Shown one piece after another: positions 33,866 through 45,710 of a stretch of DNA of 64,000 nucleotides. Under the pieces are notes generated by a model. The model was not told the origin of the DNA, did no database searches, and saw nothing but the letters and a program-made list of their open reading frames with translations. The stretch is taken from positions 682,001 to 746,000 of the forward strand of contig NW_027590142.1 in the NCBI RefSeq assembly GCF_964213995.1, given 5' to 3'. The translations under genes were made by a program, and so were the position numbers. Positions within the stretch are counted from its first letter, which is position 1. Each line of letters begins with the position of its first letter. Source of the stretch: Mustelus asterias (lineage: Eukaryota).

Positions 33866-34268
33866 CTAGAACTGTCTGTTCTGAATTTCTATCCTGTACT
33901 GACACTGATGACTTTTGTAAACCCATTTTACAGGATATTGAAAGAGGAATCACAGGCCGAAATCTCAAACGTCGCGTCTAGATCTGACAGAGTCATATTC
34001 CTTGGGAGCTGAATATCATCGGACTTTGAATCCAGAAGCAGAAATGATTTGATAAGATTTCAAACATCAGTATGACTGGAAAAGTACCAACACTCTGCCA
34101 CACTCGAGTGAGAGTGTTCCAGTGCACGGACTAAAGAGTTTCAACCAGTTCCACAGCCTGAATAAATATCACATCATTCACAGCGGGGAGAGACTGTACT
34201 TGTGTTGTGAGCGTGGACGAGGCTTCAACTGATTGTCCACCCAAGAAAGAGGCAAGGACACCTGCACC

Positions 34269-34943
34269 ATGGAGAAACCATGGAAATGTGGGGACTGTGG
34301 GAAGAGATACAGTTACCCATCAGAGCTGGAAGCTCATCGGCGCAGCCACACTGGGGAGAGGCCATTCACCTGCTCGCAGTGTGAGAAGGGATTCATTCAG
34401 TCATCCAGCCTGCAGAGACACCAGCAAATTCACACTGGAGAGAGACTGTTCATCTGCTCTCAGTGTGGAAAGGGATTCACTCGGTCATCCCACCTGCAGA
34501 CACACCAGAGAGTTCACACTGGAGAGAGACCGTTCACCTGCTCTCAGTGTGGGAAGGGATTCACTCAGTTATCCAGCCTGCAGACACACCAGCGAGTTCA
34601 CACTGGGGAGAGGCCCTTCACCTGCTCTCAGTGTGGGGAGGGATTCACTTGTTCATCTAACCTGCAGGTGCACCAGCGAGTTCACACTGGGGAGAGGCCA
34701 TTCACCTGCTCTCAGTGTGAGAAGGGATTCATTTGTTTATCCCGCCTGCGGAGGCACCAGCGAGTTTACACTGGGGAGAAACCATTCACCTGCTCTCAGT
34801 GTGGGAAGGGATTCACTGACTCATCCAGCCTGCGGATACACCAGCGAGTTCACACTGGGGAGAGGCCGTTCACCTGCTCTCAATGTGGGAAGGGATTCAG
34901 AGTTTCATCCCAGCTGCTGAGACACCAACAATTTCATGAGTGA
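34269..34943 (+). CDS. C2H2 zinc-finger protein ZNF-E, 8 units (unit 6 has H>Y)
   Basis: ATG at 34269; in-frame TGA at 34230-34232; micro-exon 32671-32736; terminal exon starts at 33934. Confidence 0.86.
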   Translation: MEKPWKCGDCGKRYSYPSELEAHRRSHTGERPFTCSQCEKGFIQSSSLQRHQQIHTGERLFICSQCGKGFTRSSHLQTHQRVHTGERPFTCSQCGKGFTQLSSLQTHQRVHTGERPFTCSQCGEGFTCSSNLQVHQRVHTGERPFTCSQCEKGFICLSRLRRHQRVYTGEKPFTCSQCGKGFTDSSSLRIHQRVHTGERPFTCSQCGKGFRVSSQLLRHQQFHE

Positions 34944-35169
34944 TTCCAGAGGTTGGATTCTGCTGTTATTGTTTCTGCTCTCAATTACATCCAGGACTGC
35001 ATTTTGTTCATTCTCACAGTTGGTCAATGGGGAGGGTCAGGGGGTTTCTTTCTGCTGGACTGGCCGGTCTCACGACTTTGCCTCCAGTGGGCTGATTCTC
35101 TTTGAGTCTTGTTGCGAATACCTGGTTTCAGATTTCACAAGGATCACAGAGTGACAGGATGTTAGGAGG

Positions 35170-35795
35170 TTATAGAGGTTTAGAACATGGAAACAGGCCC
35201 TTCGGCCCAACTTGTCCATGCTGCTCAGTTTTTACCACTAAGCTAGTCCCAAAAGGGGCGGCACGGTGGCACAGTTGTTAGCACTGCTCCTTCACAGCTC
35301 CAGGGACCTGGGTTCAATTCCCGGCTTGGGTCACTGTCTGTGTGGAGTTTGCACATTCTCCTCGTGTTTGCGTGGGTTTCCTCCGGGTGCTCCGGTTTCC
35401 TCCCACAGTCCAAAGATGTGCGGGTTCGGTTGATTGGCCATGCTAAAAATTGCCCTTAGTGTCCTGAGATGCGTAGGTTAGAAGGATTAGTGGGTAAATA
35501 TGTAGGGATATGGGGATAGGGCCTGGGTGGGATTGTGGTCGGTGCAGACTCGATGGGCCGAATGGCCTCTTTCTGTACTGTAGGGTTTCTATGTTTCTGT
35601 GTTAATTGCCCGTATTTTGCCCATATCCCTCCATACCCATCTTACCCATGTAACTGTCTAAATGCTTTTGAAAAGACAGTATTGTACCCGCCTCTACTAC
35701 TGCCTCTGGCAACTCGTTCCAGACACTCACCACCACCTGAGTGAAAAACTGCCCCTCTGGACCCTTTTGTAACTCTCCCCTCTCACTTTAAACCT
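35170..35795 (-). mobile_element. CR1 3' end with nested + strand HE1 SINE (~35255-35600)
   Basis: CR1 tail sequence on both sides of a full HE1 copy (GGGGCGGCACGGTGGCACAG...TTTCTATGTTTC). Confidence 0.85.
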
Positions 35796-36394
35796 AAAAC
35801 TAAGAACAAGGAATGTATCGATAAAATGATTAGAGAACAGAGCCAACGTTTCGAGTCTGGATGACACTTCATATGAGCTGTTATGAAGGGTCATCCAGTA
35901 TCAAAACATTAGCTATATTCTCTCTCCACAGATGCCGTCAGACCCGCTGAGATTTTCCAGCATTTTCTGTTTTTGTTTCAGATTCCAGCATCCGCAGTAT
36001 TTTACTTTTATGATAAAATGATTAGTTCTGATTGGAATCCCCACGACCCTCCCGCAAGACAGGGGGAGTGATGGCAAAGGGAGAAAAAGGATAAGGATGA
36101 TAAAGACTGCGTTCTGATTCTCGGTGCCCATGTAGTTTTAACAAAACGAGTGAACCAGTTTATAAAGAACAGAAGTTACCCATCGCTAACAAAAACTGAT
36201 CAAATTAAAATAATTAGGTTGAGGAAGAGAACAAAAGAATTAATAGATGAAGTTTAAAATCAACTTTGTTTTGCTGTTAGAGAAGTTTTTAAAAATTATG
36301 TAAAGTGATGTAACTGTGTAACAAGTGTTTTCTGTTCACTCCCCGCTTTAGGTCCTGTAGAAAAGTTAACCCTTTCAGCAGACAGTTGATTTCG

Positions 36395-37655
36395 TCATAG
36401 AGTCATAGAGGTTTACAGCATGGAAACGGGCCCTTTGGCCCAACTTGTCCATGCCGCCCCTTTTTTAACCCCTAAGTTAGTCCCAATTGCCCGCGTTTGG
36501 CCCATATCCCTCTATACCCATCTTACCCATGTAATGGTCCAAACACTTTTTAAGGTTGAACCCACCTCTACTATTACTGCTAGCACGAGGGGACATAGCT
36601 TTAAATTGAGGGGTGAGAGTTCTTTACTAGAGAGTAGTAAGGGCGTGGAATGCCCTGCCTGCAGCAGTCGTGGACTCGTCAACATTAAGAGCATTCAAAT
36701 GGTTATTGGATAAACATATGGATGATATTGGAATAGTGTAGATTAGAGGGGCTTTAGATTGGTTCCACTGGTCGGCGCAACATCGAGGGCCAAAGGGCCT
36801 GTACTGCGCTGTAATGTTTTATGTTCTATTACCTCTGGCAGCTTTTTCCAGACACTCATCACCCTCTGTTAGAAAGAAATGCCCCTCTGGACCCTTTTGT
36901 ATCTCTCCCCTCTCTTAAACCTATGCTCTCTAGTTTTAGACTCCCCTACCTTTGGGAAAAGATGTTGACTATGTAGCTGATCTATGCTTCTCATTATTTT
37001 ATAAACCTCTATAAGGTCATCCCTAAGCCTCCTACACTCCAGGGAAAAACGTCTCAGTCTATCCAGCCTCTCCTTATAACTCAAACCATCAAGTCCTGGT
37101 AGCATCCTTGTAAATCATTTCTGCACTCTTTCTAGTTTAATAATATCCTTTCCATAATAGGGTGACCAGAACTGTACACAGTATTCCACATGTGGTCTTC
37201 CCAATGTCTTGTACAACTTCAACAAGACATTCTAACTCCTGTATTCAATGTTCTGACCGATGAAACCAAGCATGCCGAATGCCTTCTTCACCACTCTGTC
37301 CATCTGTGACTCCACTTTCAAGGAGTTATGAACCTGTACCCCTCGATCTCTTTGTTCTTTAACTCTCCCCAACGCCCAACCATTAACCTGCCCAGGTTCG
37401 ATCGACCAAAATGCATCACCTCGCATTTATCTAAATTAAACTCCATCTGCCATTCGTCAGCCCATTGGCCCAATTGATCAAGATCCTGTTGCAATCCTAG
37501 ATAACCTTCTTCACTGTCCACTATGCCACCAATCTTGGTGCCATCTGAAAACTTACGATCCATGCCTCCTACATTGTCATCCAAATCATTCTTATAAATG
37601 TCAAATAACAGTGGACCCAGCAGCGATCCCTGAGGCACCCCGCTGGTCACAGGCC
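36395..37655 (-). mobile_element. 5'-truncated CR1 with nested + strand CR1 3' fragment (36578-36825)
   Basis: [12 protein letters not shown]...EWQMEFN; nested insert has TSD CTATTAC (36571-36577 and 36826-36832). Confidence 0.88.
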
Positions 37656-38392
37656 TTCAGTAGGGCAGATGGACGGCTGAATCCCTTCCCACACACACAG
37701 CAGGTGAAGGGCCTCTCCCCAGTGTGAATTCTCTGGTGGTTCAATAGGGCAGATGGGCGGCTGAATCCCTTCCCACACACACAGCAGGTGAATGGCCTCT
37801 CCCCAGTGTGAATTCTCTGGTGGTTCAATGGGGCAGATGGGCGGCTGAATCCCTTCCCACACACACAGCAGGTGAATGGCCTCTCCCCAGTGTGAGTATA
37901 TTGGTGCTTTAGCAGATCCTTTTTGTTTTTAAAGCTCTTCTTACAGTCAGAACAATTAAAAAGTTTGTTGTCAGAGTGAATAAGTTGATGTGTCTGCAGG
38001 TGGGATGACTGAATGAATCCTTTCCCACACACAGAGCAGGTGAACGGTCTCTCCCCAGTGTGAATGCGTTGGTGTGTCAGCAGATCTTTTTTGCATTTAA
38101 AACTCTTCTCACAGTCAGAACACGTAAACAGTTTCTCATCCGTGTGAACAAGTTGGTGTGTCACAATGTGGGATGAGCGAGTGAATCCCTTCCCACACAC
38201 AGGGCAGGTGAACAGCCTCTCCCCAGTGTGAACCTGTTGGTGTGTCAGAAGGTTGTATGAATGGGTGAATCCCTTCCCACAAACGGAGGAGGTGAATGGT
38301 CTCTCCCCAGTGTGACTGCACCAATGAACTTCCAGTTGTGATGGGAAACCGAATCCTTTCCCGCACTCCACACATTTCCACGGTTTCTCCAT
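37601..38392 (-). pseudogene. ZNF-F: C2H2 array truncated in unit 9 by CR1, with mutated splice acceptor
   Basis: Array ends ...RPSALL|KACDQRG (CR1-derived); acceptor reads TTTTACAC|GATATTGG at 38752 instead of CAG; unit 2 has C>S. Confidence 0.72.
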
Positions 38393-39209
38393 GGTGTTGG
38401 TGCCCTGGTGTTTCTCCAGGTTGGATGATCAGTTGAAACCTCGTCCACACACACAACATACATGTAGATTCACCCTGCTGTGAACTGTGTGATGTTTTTT
38501 CAGGCTGTGGACGAGTTAAAGCTCTTTCCACAGTCAGTTCACTGGAACACTCTCAATCGGGTGTGTGTTTGTTCCAATGCTTTTCCGGTCACACTGATGT
38601 TTAAAGTCTTTACTGACAGACAGAAGAGTCAAACATTTCTCCTCCCGCATTCAAAGACCGATGATATTCAGCTCCTAATGAACAAAATGACTTTGCCAGT
38701 CATGATGTTCGGTTTGAGTTTTCTGTCTGCCAATCCTCCACTTCCAATATCGTGTAAAAAAAAATTTGGAAAAGTCATCACTGTCAGTCCGGAATAGAAA
38801 TCCTGAACAGACAATTCTAGTTTCTCCGGAACATTTTTTCCTCTCTTGTTCCCCAAAATCTGTAAATCCCCATCCCACACACTCTCCCTCCTCCCTGGGC
38901 TTAAACCCATCTCACCATCTGTACCATTTCTTTCCTCCACTCCCAGTTTTCTCCCTCCCTCTCCTCTGTCTGTGTTCAGTTCTCCAGCTCCTGTCTGCAG
39001 ACTGACAATAAAACCAATGGGTCTTATTGGGGGTGTTGGGGCCTCCAGAGGGTGTTTGTGAATCCTCCCCGCCCACCTCCCAGGGTTTCCTTCCTTCCCA
39101 GAGATCAGAGTCCTCATTGATTTGAGGCCAAACTGTAACCTCTTATTTATTGTCCCCCTCCCCCATCCTCTGATGTGAACCATCCTCCAGTGGCTGAGCC
39201 AGGGTGGGG

Positions 39210-39820
39210 CCGTTAACCTGGGCCTGTTCCCGGGAGGGAGGGAGGGAGAAGCCCCGCAGCTGCAAACCAGGGAGCTGACAATGATTCTGAAGGGTTTGCG
39301 GATCCACAAAGTGTTTCCAAATCCTCCCAGCCACCGCCTAACGCTGACTCCGCTTCTCCGGGACAAACAAGCGCCAAGGACAGCAATGACACTGCGCATG
39401 CTCCACATCACAATGCCCGGGGACTGATTGACGGCAGCTCCGGACCAATAGGAAGAGGGAACGGGACTGGAGGACCGAGCGTGAGCGGCTGGTCCTCCAA
39501 CCAATCGGAGTGGATGAGGGGCGGGACCTGAAGCATGCGCAGTGCGGGTAATGGCGACGGACGGACGGACGGATGGTTTTAATTTGGAAGCGAGATCAAT
39601 ACGAGGTAGAGGGCGGCGTGCGGGGAATGATAAATGTGGCGGGTGGGTGGAGAGACTTTGTAAACATGTTGTTCAAACCCAAACCCCGGAAATGAACTTC
39701 CCGGTCCCCCCCTTTGTACCCAATGGAGCGGCAGCTTGTAGTGTTAGACCCGGGCTGACTGCCGCCATTGAGGCTGCATGTGGGAGGCCGGCAGGGATTG
39801 TGATCGGAGAGTGAAGCCCT
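39210..39820 (-). promoter_or_regulatory. CpG-island promoter and first exon of ZNF-F
   Basis: Third copy of the 8360-9050 promoter; donor CAG|GTTAAC at 39217. Confidence 0.75.
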
Positions 39821-39885
39821 GACGTCACAATGGAATGGGTGAGAGTGTGAGGTCACAATGGAATGGGTGAGAGTGTGACGTCACA

Positions 39886-42018
39886 ATGGAAAGAGATAGG
39901 ATCAGGCAGGCTAGGAAAGTGTTTCTCTGGAGTAAAGGGAAATACAGTGTCATCAGGGAGGAAATTAGACGGGTAAATTGGAAGGAGGCATTCTTGGGGA
40001 AAAGTACCGAAGGAAAGTGGAGGATTTTCAAGGAATGTTTGTCTGGAGCTCTGCATGACAACGTTCCGATGAGACAGGGGGGTGTTGGTAGGGTACGGGA
40101 ACCGTGGTGCACGAAGGTTGTGATGAACCTGGTGAATAAGAAAAGAGAGGCGTACAGAAGGTTCAGAGAGCTAGGAGGTGTTAAGGATTTAGAAGAGTAT
40201 ACGGGATGTAGGAAGGAGCTTAAGAAGGAAATTAGGAGAGCGAGAAGGGGCCATGAGAAGGCCTTGGCGGGTAAGATTAAGGAGAATCCCAAGGCTTTCT
40301 ACAAATATGTCAAGAGTAAAAGGATGAGATGTGAAGGCATAGGACCCTTAAAAGGTGAAGGGGGAAAAGTTTGTGTGGAACCGTTAGAAATGGCGGAGCT
40401 GCTTAATGAATACTTTACCTCGGTATTCACGGTGGAAAGGGATCTGGGTGGTTGTACTGCTGGTTTGCGGTGGACAGAAAGGATCGAGCATGTGGACATA
40501 AAGAAAGAGGATGTGTTGGAACTATTGAATGGCATCAAGGTTGGTAAGTCGCCGGGACCGGATGGGATGTACCCCAGGTTACTGTGGGAGACGAGGGAGG
40601 AGATTGCGGAGCCTTTGGCGATGATCTTTGCATCGTCGATGGAGACGGGAGAGGTTCCGGAGGATTGGAGGATTGCAGATGTGGTCCCTATATTCAAGAA
40701 AGGGAACAGGGACAGCCCGGGAAATTACCGACCGGTGAGTCTAACCTCAGTGGTTGGTAAGTTGATGGAGAGGATCCTGAGAGACAGGATTTATGATCAT
40801 CTCGAGAAGTTTAGTATGATCAAAAGTAGTCAGCACGGCTTTGTCAAGGGCAGGTCGTGCCTTACGAGCCTGGTTGAGTTCTTTGAAAATGTGACCAAAC
40901 ACATTGACGAAGGAAGAGCGGTGGATGTGGTCTATATGGACTTCAGCAAGGCGTTCGATAAGGTCCCCCATGCAAGACTTCTTGAGAAAGTGAGAGGGCA
41001 TGGGATCCAAGGGGCTGTTGCCTTGTGGATCCAGAACTGGCTTGCCTGCAGAAGGCAGAGAGTGGCTGTGGAGGGGTCTTTCTCTGCATGGAGGTCAGTG
41101 ACCAGTGGAGTGCCCCAGGGATCTGTTCTGGGACCCTTGCTGTTTGTCATTTTCATAAATGACCTGGATGAGGAAGTGGAGGGATGGGTTGGTAAGTTTG
41201 CTGACGACACCAAGGTAGGTGGTGTTGTGGATAGTTTGGAGGGATGTCAGAAGTTGCAGCGAGACATAGATAGAATGCAAGACTGGGCGGAGAAATGGCA
41301 GATGGACTTCAACCCGGATAAGTGTGTGGTGATCCATTTTGGCAGATCCAATGGGATGAAGCAGCAGTATAATATGAAGGGTACCATTCTTAGCAGTGTA
41401 GAGGATCAGAAGGACCTTGGGGTCCGGGTCCATAGGACTCTTAAATCGGCCTCGCAGGTGGAGGATGCGGTCAAGAAGGCGTATGGCGTACTGGCCTTCA
41501 TTAATCGAGGGATTGAGTTTAGGAGTCGGGAGATAATGCTGCAGCTTTATAGGACCCTGGTTAGACCCCACTTGGAGTACTGCGCGCAGTTCTGGTCCCC
41601 TCATTACAGGAAAGATGTTGAAGCCATTGAAAGGGTGCAGAGGAGATTTACAAGGATGTTGCCTGGATTGGGGGGCATGCCTTATGAGGATAGGTTGAGG
41701 GAGCTTGGTCTCTTCTCCCTGGAGAGACGAAGGATGAGAGGTGACCTGATAGAGGTTTACAAGATGTTGAGAGGTCTGGATAGGGTAGACTCTCAGAGGC
41801 TATTTCCAAGGGCTGAAATGGTTGCTACGAGAGGACACAGGTTTAAGGTGCTGGGGGGTAGATACAGAGGAGATGTCAGGGGTAAGTTTTTCACTCAGAG
41901 GGTGGTGGGTGAGTGGAATCGGCTGACGTCGGTGGTGGTGGAGGCAAACTCGTTGGGGTCTTTTAAGAGACTTCTGGATGAGTACATGGGATTTAATGGG
42001 ATTGAGGGCTATAGATAG
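39886..42018 (+). CDS. Endonuclease-less CR1 ORF2 reverse-transcriptase frame, 710 aa, ATG from the target site
   Basis: No stops or frameshifts; ATG at 39886 lies within the left TSD; expression unknown. Confidence 0.5.
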   Translation: MERDRIRQARKVFLWSKGKYSVIREEIRRVNWKEAFLGKSTEGKWRIFKECLSGALHDNVPMRQGGVGRVREPWCTKVVMNLVNKKREAYRRFRELGGVKDLEEYTGCRKELKKEIRRARRGHEKALAGKIKENPKAFYKYVKSKRMRCEGIGPLKGEGGKVCVEPLEMAELLNEYFTSVFTVERDLGGCTAGLRWTERIEHVDIKKEDVLELLNGIKVGKSPGPDGMYPRLLWETREEIAEPLAMIFASSMETGEVPEDWRIADVVPIFKKGNRDSPGNYRPVSLTSVVGKLMERILRDRIYDHLEKFSMIKSSQHGFVKGRSCLTSLVEFFENVTKHIDEGRAVDVVYMDFSKAFDKVPHARLLEKVRGHGIQGAVALWIQNWLACRRQRVAVEGSFSAWRSVTSGVPQGSVLGPLLFVIFINDLDEEVEGWVGKFADDTKVGGVVDSLEGCQKLQRDIDRMQDWAEKWQMDFNPDKCVVIHFGRSNGMKQQYNMKGTILSSVEDQKDLGVRVHRTLKSASQVEDAVKKAYGVLAFINRGIEFRSREIMLQLYRTLVRPHLEYCAQFWSPHYRKDVEAIERVQRRFTRMLPGLGGMPYEDRLRELGLFSLERRRMRGDLIEVYKMLRGLDRVDSQRLFPRAEMVATRGHRFKVLGGRYRGDVRGKFFTQRVVGEWNRLTSVVVEANSLGSFKRLLDEYMGFNGIEGYR

Positions 42019-42101
42019 GCCTAGAGGTGGGGATGTGATCGGCGCAACTTGTGGGCCGAAGGGCCTGTTTGTGCTGTGGCTTTCTATGTTCTATGTTCTA
42101 T
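39892..42101 (+). mobile_element. Young 5'-truncated CR1 LINE (2.2 kb) with uninterrupted RT frame
   Basis: 12-bp TSD GTCACAATGGAA (39880-39891 and 42102-42113); (TTCTATG)n tail; [37 protein letters not shown] and FADDTK all intact. Confidence 0.96.
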
Positions 42102-42259
42102 GTCACAATGGAATGGGTGAGGGTGTGATGTCACAATGGAATGGGTGAGGGTGTGACGTCACAATGGAATGGGTGAGAGTGTGACGTCACAATGGAATGG
42201 GTGAGGGTTCCAGATGAGCTGACACTGGGCTGGAGTTGGGCGATGTCACTGACATGTGG

Positions 42260-42570
42260 CCCGGTGGCGCAGTGGTTAGTGCAGCTGCCTAACAGCGCCA
42301 GGGACCCGGGTTCAATTCCAGCCTCGGGTCGCTGTCTGTGCAGAGTTTCTACATTCTCCCCGTGTCTGTGTGGGTTTCCTCCGGGTGTTCCGGTTTCCTT
42401 CCACAGTCCAAAGCTGTGCCGGTTAGACGGATTGGCCATGATAAATTGCCACTTGGTATCAGGGGGATTAACAGGTAAATATGTGGATAGGGCCTGGATG
42501 GGATTGTTGCCGGTGCAGGCTCGATGGGCTGAATGGCCTTCTCCTACACTGTACTTTATTATTCATTATT
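42260..42570 (+). mobile_element. HE1-type V-SINE (paralog of 28126-28430)
   Basis: Near-identical to the 28.1-kb copy. Confidence 0.82.
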
Positions 42571-43538
42571 ATTAATTAATTACTATTAATACTTCTTGAT
42601 GATGTGGACATGTGGCTGGAAGCTCATCTTGGGATGAGCTGAGACTGTATTAAGAGTAAAAGGGTGACAAGAGAGAGAATAGATCCCCTTAAAAATCAGC
42701 ATGGCCATCTGTGTGTGGAGCCACAGGAGATGGGTGAGATTTTTAATGAATACTTCTCCTCTGTGTTTACTGCGGAGAGCACCATGGGTACTAAAGAAAT
42801 AAGGGAAACAAGTGGTGATGTCTTGGCCACACGCATGTTACTTGGGAGGAGGTATCTGCAGCCTTATAAAAGCAAATTACTGCGGATGCTGGAATCTGAA
42901 ACCAAGAGAGAAAATGCTGGAAAATCTCAGCAGGTCTGGCAGCATCTGTAAGGAGAGAAAAGAGCTGATGTTTCTTGTCTCGATGACCCTTTGTCAAAGC
43001 TCTGAAACATCAGTTCTTTTCTCTCCATGCAGATGCTGCCAGACCTGCTGAGAATGGGGAGAGAGTGTGTGGGATGGAGATTTCCAGCTTTTGGGGAATG
43101 AGAGAGGAAAGAATGTTCCATAGAAATTGTCTGTTCTGAATTTCTATCCTGTACTGACACTGATGACTTTTGGAAACTCATTTTCCAGGATATTGAAAGA
43201 GGAATCACAGACTGAAATCTCAAACGTCACGTCTGAACGTGACAGAATCATATTCCTTGGGACCTCAATATCATCGGACTTTGAATCCAGAAGGAGAAAT
43301 GATTGTCCAGTCTGTCGATTTGAAAAGATTTGAAATGTCAGTGTGAGTGAAAAAGCATCAACACACTGCCACACTTGGTGAGGGTGTTCCAATGCACTGA
43401 CTAAAGAGCTTTAACCAGTTACACAGCCTGAGTAAATATCACACCATTCACAGCGGGTAGAGACGGTAATCTTGTTCTGTGTGTGGACAAAGTTTCAACA
43501 AATTGTTCACTCAAGAGAGAGGTAAGGACACCAGCACC

Positions 43539-43961
43539 ATGGAGAAACCATGGAAATGTGTGGACTGTGGGAAGAGATACAGAGCCCCATATAAGCTGGA
43601 AGCTCATCGGCGCAGCCACACTGGGGAGAAGCTGTTCATCTGCTCTCAGTGTGAGAAGGGATTTAATCAGTTCCCCAGCTTACGGATACACCAGCGAGTT
43701 CACGCTGGGGAGAGACCATTCACCTGCTCTCAATGTGGGAAGGGATTCACTCGGTCATCCAGCCTGCAGACACACCAGCGAGTTCACACTGGGGAGAGAC
43801 CATTCACCTGCTCTCAGTGTGGGAAGGGATTCACTCAGTCATCCGACCTGCAGACACACCAGCGAGTTCACACTGGGGAGAGGCCATTCACCTGCTCTCA
43901 GTGTGGGAAGGGATTCAGAGTTTCATCCCGGCTGCTGAGACACCAGCAAGTTCACGAGTGA
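43539..43961 (+). CDS. C2H2 zinc-finger protein ZNF-G, 5 fingers
   Basis: ATG (GCACCATGG) at 43539; acceptor TTTTCCAG at 43188; close inverted paralog of ZNF-A; own promoter not evident. Confidence 0.75.
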   Translation: MEKPWKCVDCGKRYRAPYKLEAHRRSHTGEKLFICSQCEKGFNQFPSLRIHQRVHAGERPFTCSQCGKGFTRSSSLQTHQRVHTGERPFTCSQCGKGFTQSSDLQTHQRVHTGERPFTCSQCGKGFRVSSRLLRHQQVHE

Positions 43962-44264
43962 TTCCAGGGGTTGGATTCTGCTGTTATTGTTTCTGCTCTC
44001 AGTTGCATCCAGGCTTGCATTTTGTTCATTCTCACAGTTGGTCAGTGGGGAGGGTCAGAGGGTTTCTTTGTGCTGGACTGGCTGGTCTCTGCCTCCAGTG
44101 GGCTGATGCTCTTTGAGTCTTTTTGCGAATACCTGGTTTCAAATGTCACAAGGATCACAGAATGACAGGGTGTTAGGAAGTTTAGAGATATTTAGTCAGA
44201 AGAAAACAGAGGTTGGCAGTGCAAAGGTACATTTCTGAATGGAGGGCTGTGACAACTGACATTG

Positions 44265-45317
44265 TGTGGAGATGCCGGCGTTGGACTGGGGTAAACACAG
44301 TAAGAAGTCTCACAACACCAGGTTAAAGTCCACCAGGTTTATTTGGTAGCAAATACCATAAGCTTTCGGAGCACTGCTCCTTCGTCAGATGGAGTGGAAA
44401 TGTGCTCTCAAACAGTGCAAACAGACAGAATCAAGTTGCAGAATATTGATTAGAATGCGAATCCTACAGCCAGCCAGGTCTTAAATGTACAGACAATGTG
44501 GGTGGAGGGAACATTAAACACAGGTTAAAGAGATGTGTATTGTCTCCAGACAGAACAGCTCGTGAAATTCTGCAAGTCCAGGAGGCAAGCTGTGGGGGTT
44601 ACTGATAATGTGACATAAATCCAACATCCCGGTTTAGGCCGTCCTCATGTGTGCGGAACTTGGCTATCAGTTTCTGCTCAGCGACTCTGCGCTGTCGTGT
44701 GTAGTGAAGGCCGCCTTGGAGAACGCTTACCTGAAGATCCAAGGCTGAATGCCCGTGACTGCTGAAGTGCTCCCCCACAGGAAGAGAACAGTCTTGCCTG
44801 GTGATTGTTGAGCGGTGTTCATTCATCCGTTGTCGTAGCGTCTGCATGGTTTCCCCAATGTACCATGCCTCGGGACATCCTTTCCTGCAGCGTATCAGGT
44901 AGACAACGTTGGCCGAGTTGCAAGAGTAGGTACCGTGTACCTGGTCGATGGTGTTCTCACATGAGATGATGGCATCTGTGTCGATGATCCGGCACGTCTT
45001 GCAGAGGTTGCTGTGGCAGGGTTGTGTGGTGTCGTGGTCACTGTTCTCCTGAAGGCTCGGTAGTTTGCTGCGGGACAATGGTCTGTTTGAGGTTGTGCGG
45101 TTGTTTGAAGGCAAGAAGTGGGGGTGTGGGGATGGCCTTGGTGAGATGTTCGTCTTCATCAATGACATGTTGAAGGCTCCAGAGGAGATGCCGTAGCTTC
45201 TCCGCTCCAGGGAAGTACTGGACGACGAAGGGTACTCTGTCCACCATGTCCCGTGTTTGTCTTTTGAGGAGGTTGGTGCGGTTTCAGGAGAACAGTGACC
45301 ATGACACCACACAACCC
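44265..45317 (-). mobile_element. Penelope-like element 3' part with short inverted 5' piece (45283-45317)
   Basis: DRVPFVVQYFPG RT-thumb region, PCHSNLCKTC knuckle, GIY-YIG; hammerhead motif at 44356-44392. Confidence 0.92.
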
Positions 45318-45710
45318 AACTCAATAGCCTAATCCTGCTTTTTCCCTTAACCTTTGATCCCATTCGCCCCAAGTGCTTTATCCAGCCGCCTCTTGAATAC
45401 ATTCAATGTTTTGGCATCAACTACTTCCTGCGGTAATAAATTCGACAGGGTCACTATTCTTTGGGTGAAGAAATGTCTCCTCACCTCCGTCCTAAATGGT
45501 CTACCCTGAATCCTCAGACTGTAACCCCCGGTTCTGGACTCCCATCGGGAACATCCTCCCTGTATCTATCGTGTCTAGACCTGTTAGAATTTTATAAGTC
45601 TCATTGAGATCCCCCCTCATTCATCTGAACTCCAATGAAAACAATCCTAACCTAGTCAGTCTCTCCTCCTACATCAGTCCTGCGATTCCCTGAATCAGCC
45701 TGGTAAACAT
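45318..45710 (-). mobile_element. CR1 3' fragment
   Basis: Minus-strand sequence resembles the CR1 3' coding end (LFSLEFR.MRGDL.E.YKIL-type). Confidence 0.75.

Larger units (their letters stand above)
39820..42208. repeat. 28-bp CRE/TEAD-motif repeat, 6 units, split by a CR1 insertion
   Basis: Units at 39820, 39848, 39876 (continuing at 42102), 42126, 42154 and 42182. Confidence 0.85.

Noticed and set aside
31975-33990. Fusion protein between the truncated ZNF relic and ZNF-E via the 32149 donor
   Set aside because: Splicing to 32671 hits TGA after 4 codons, and splicing to 33934 hits TAG after 15 codons.
34230-34232. Selenocysteine recoding of the conserved TGA
   Set aside because: The same position is TAA in two copies and sense in two, it is not a Cys position, further stops and frameshifts lie upstream, and I recognised no SECIS.
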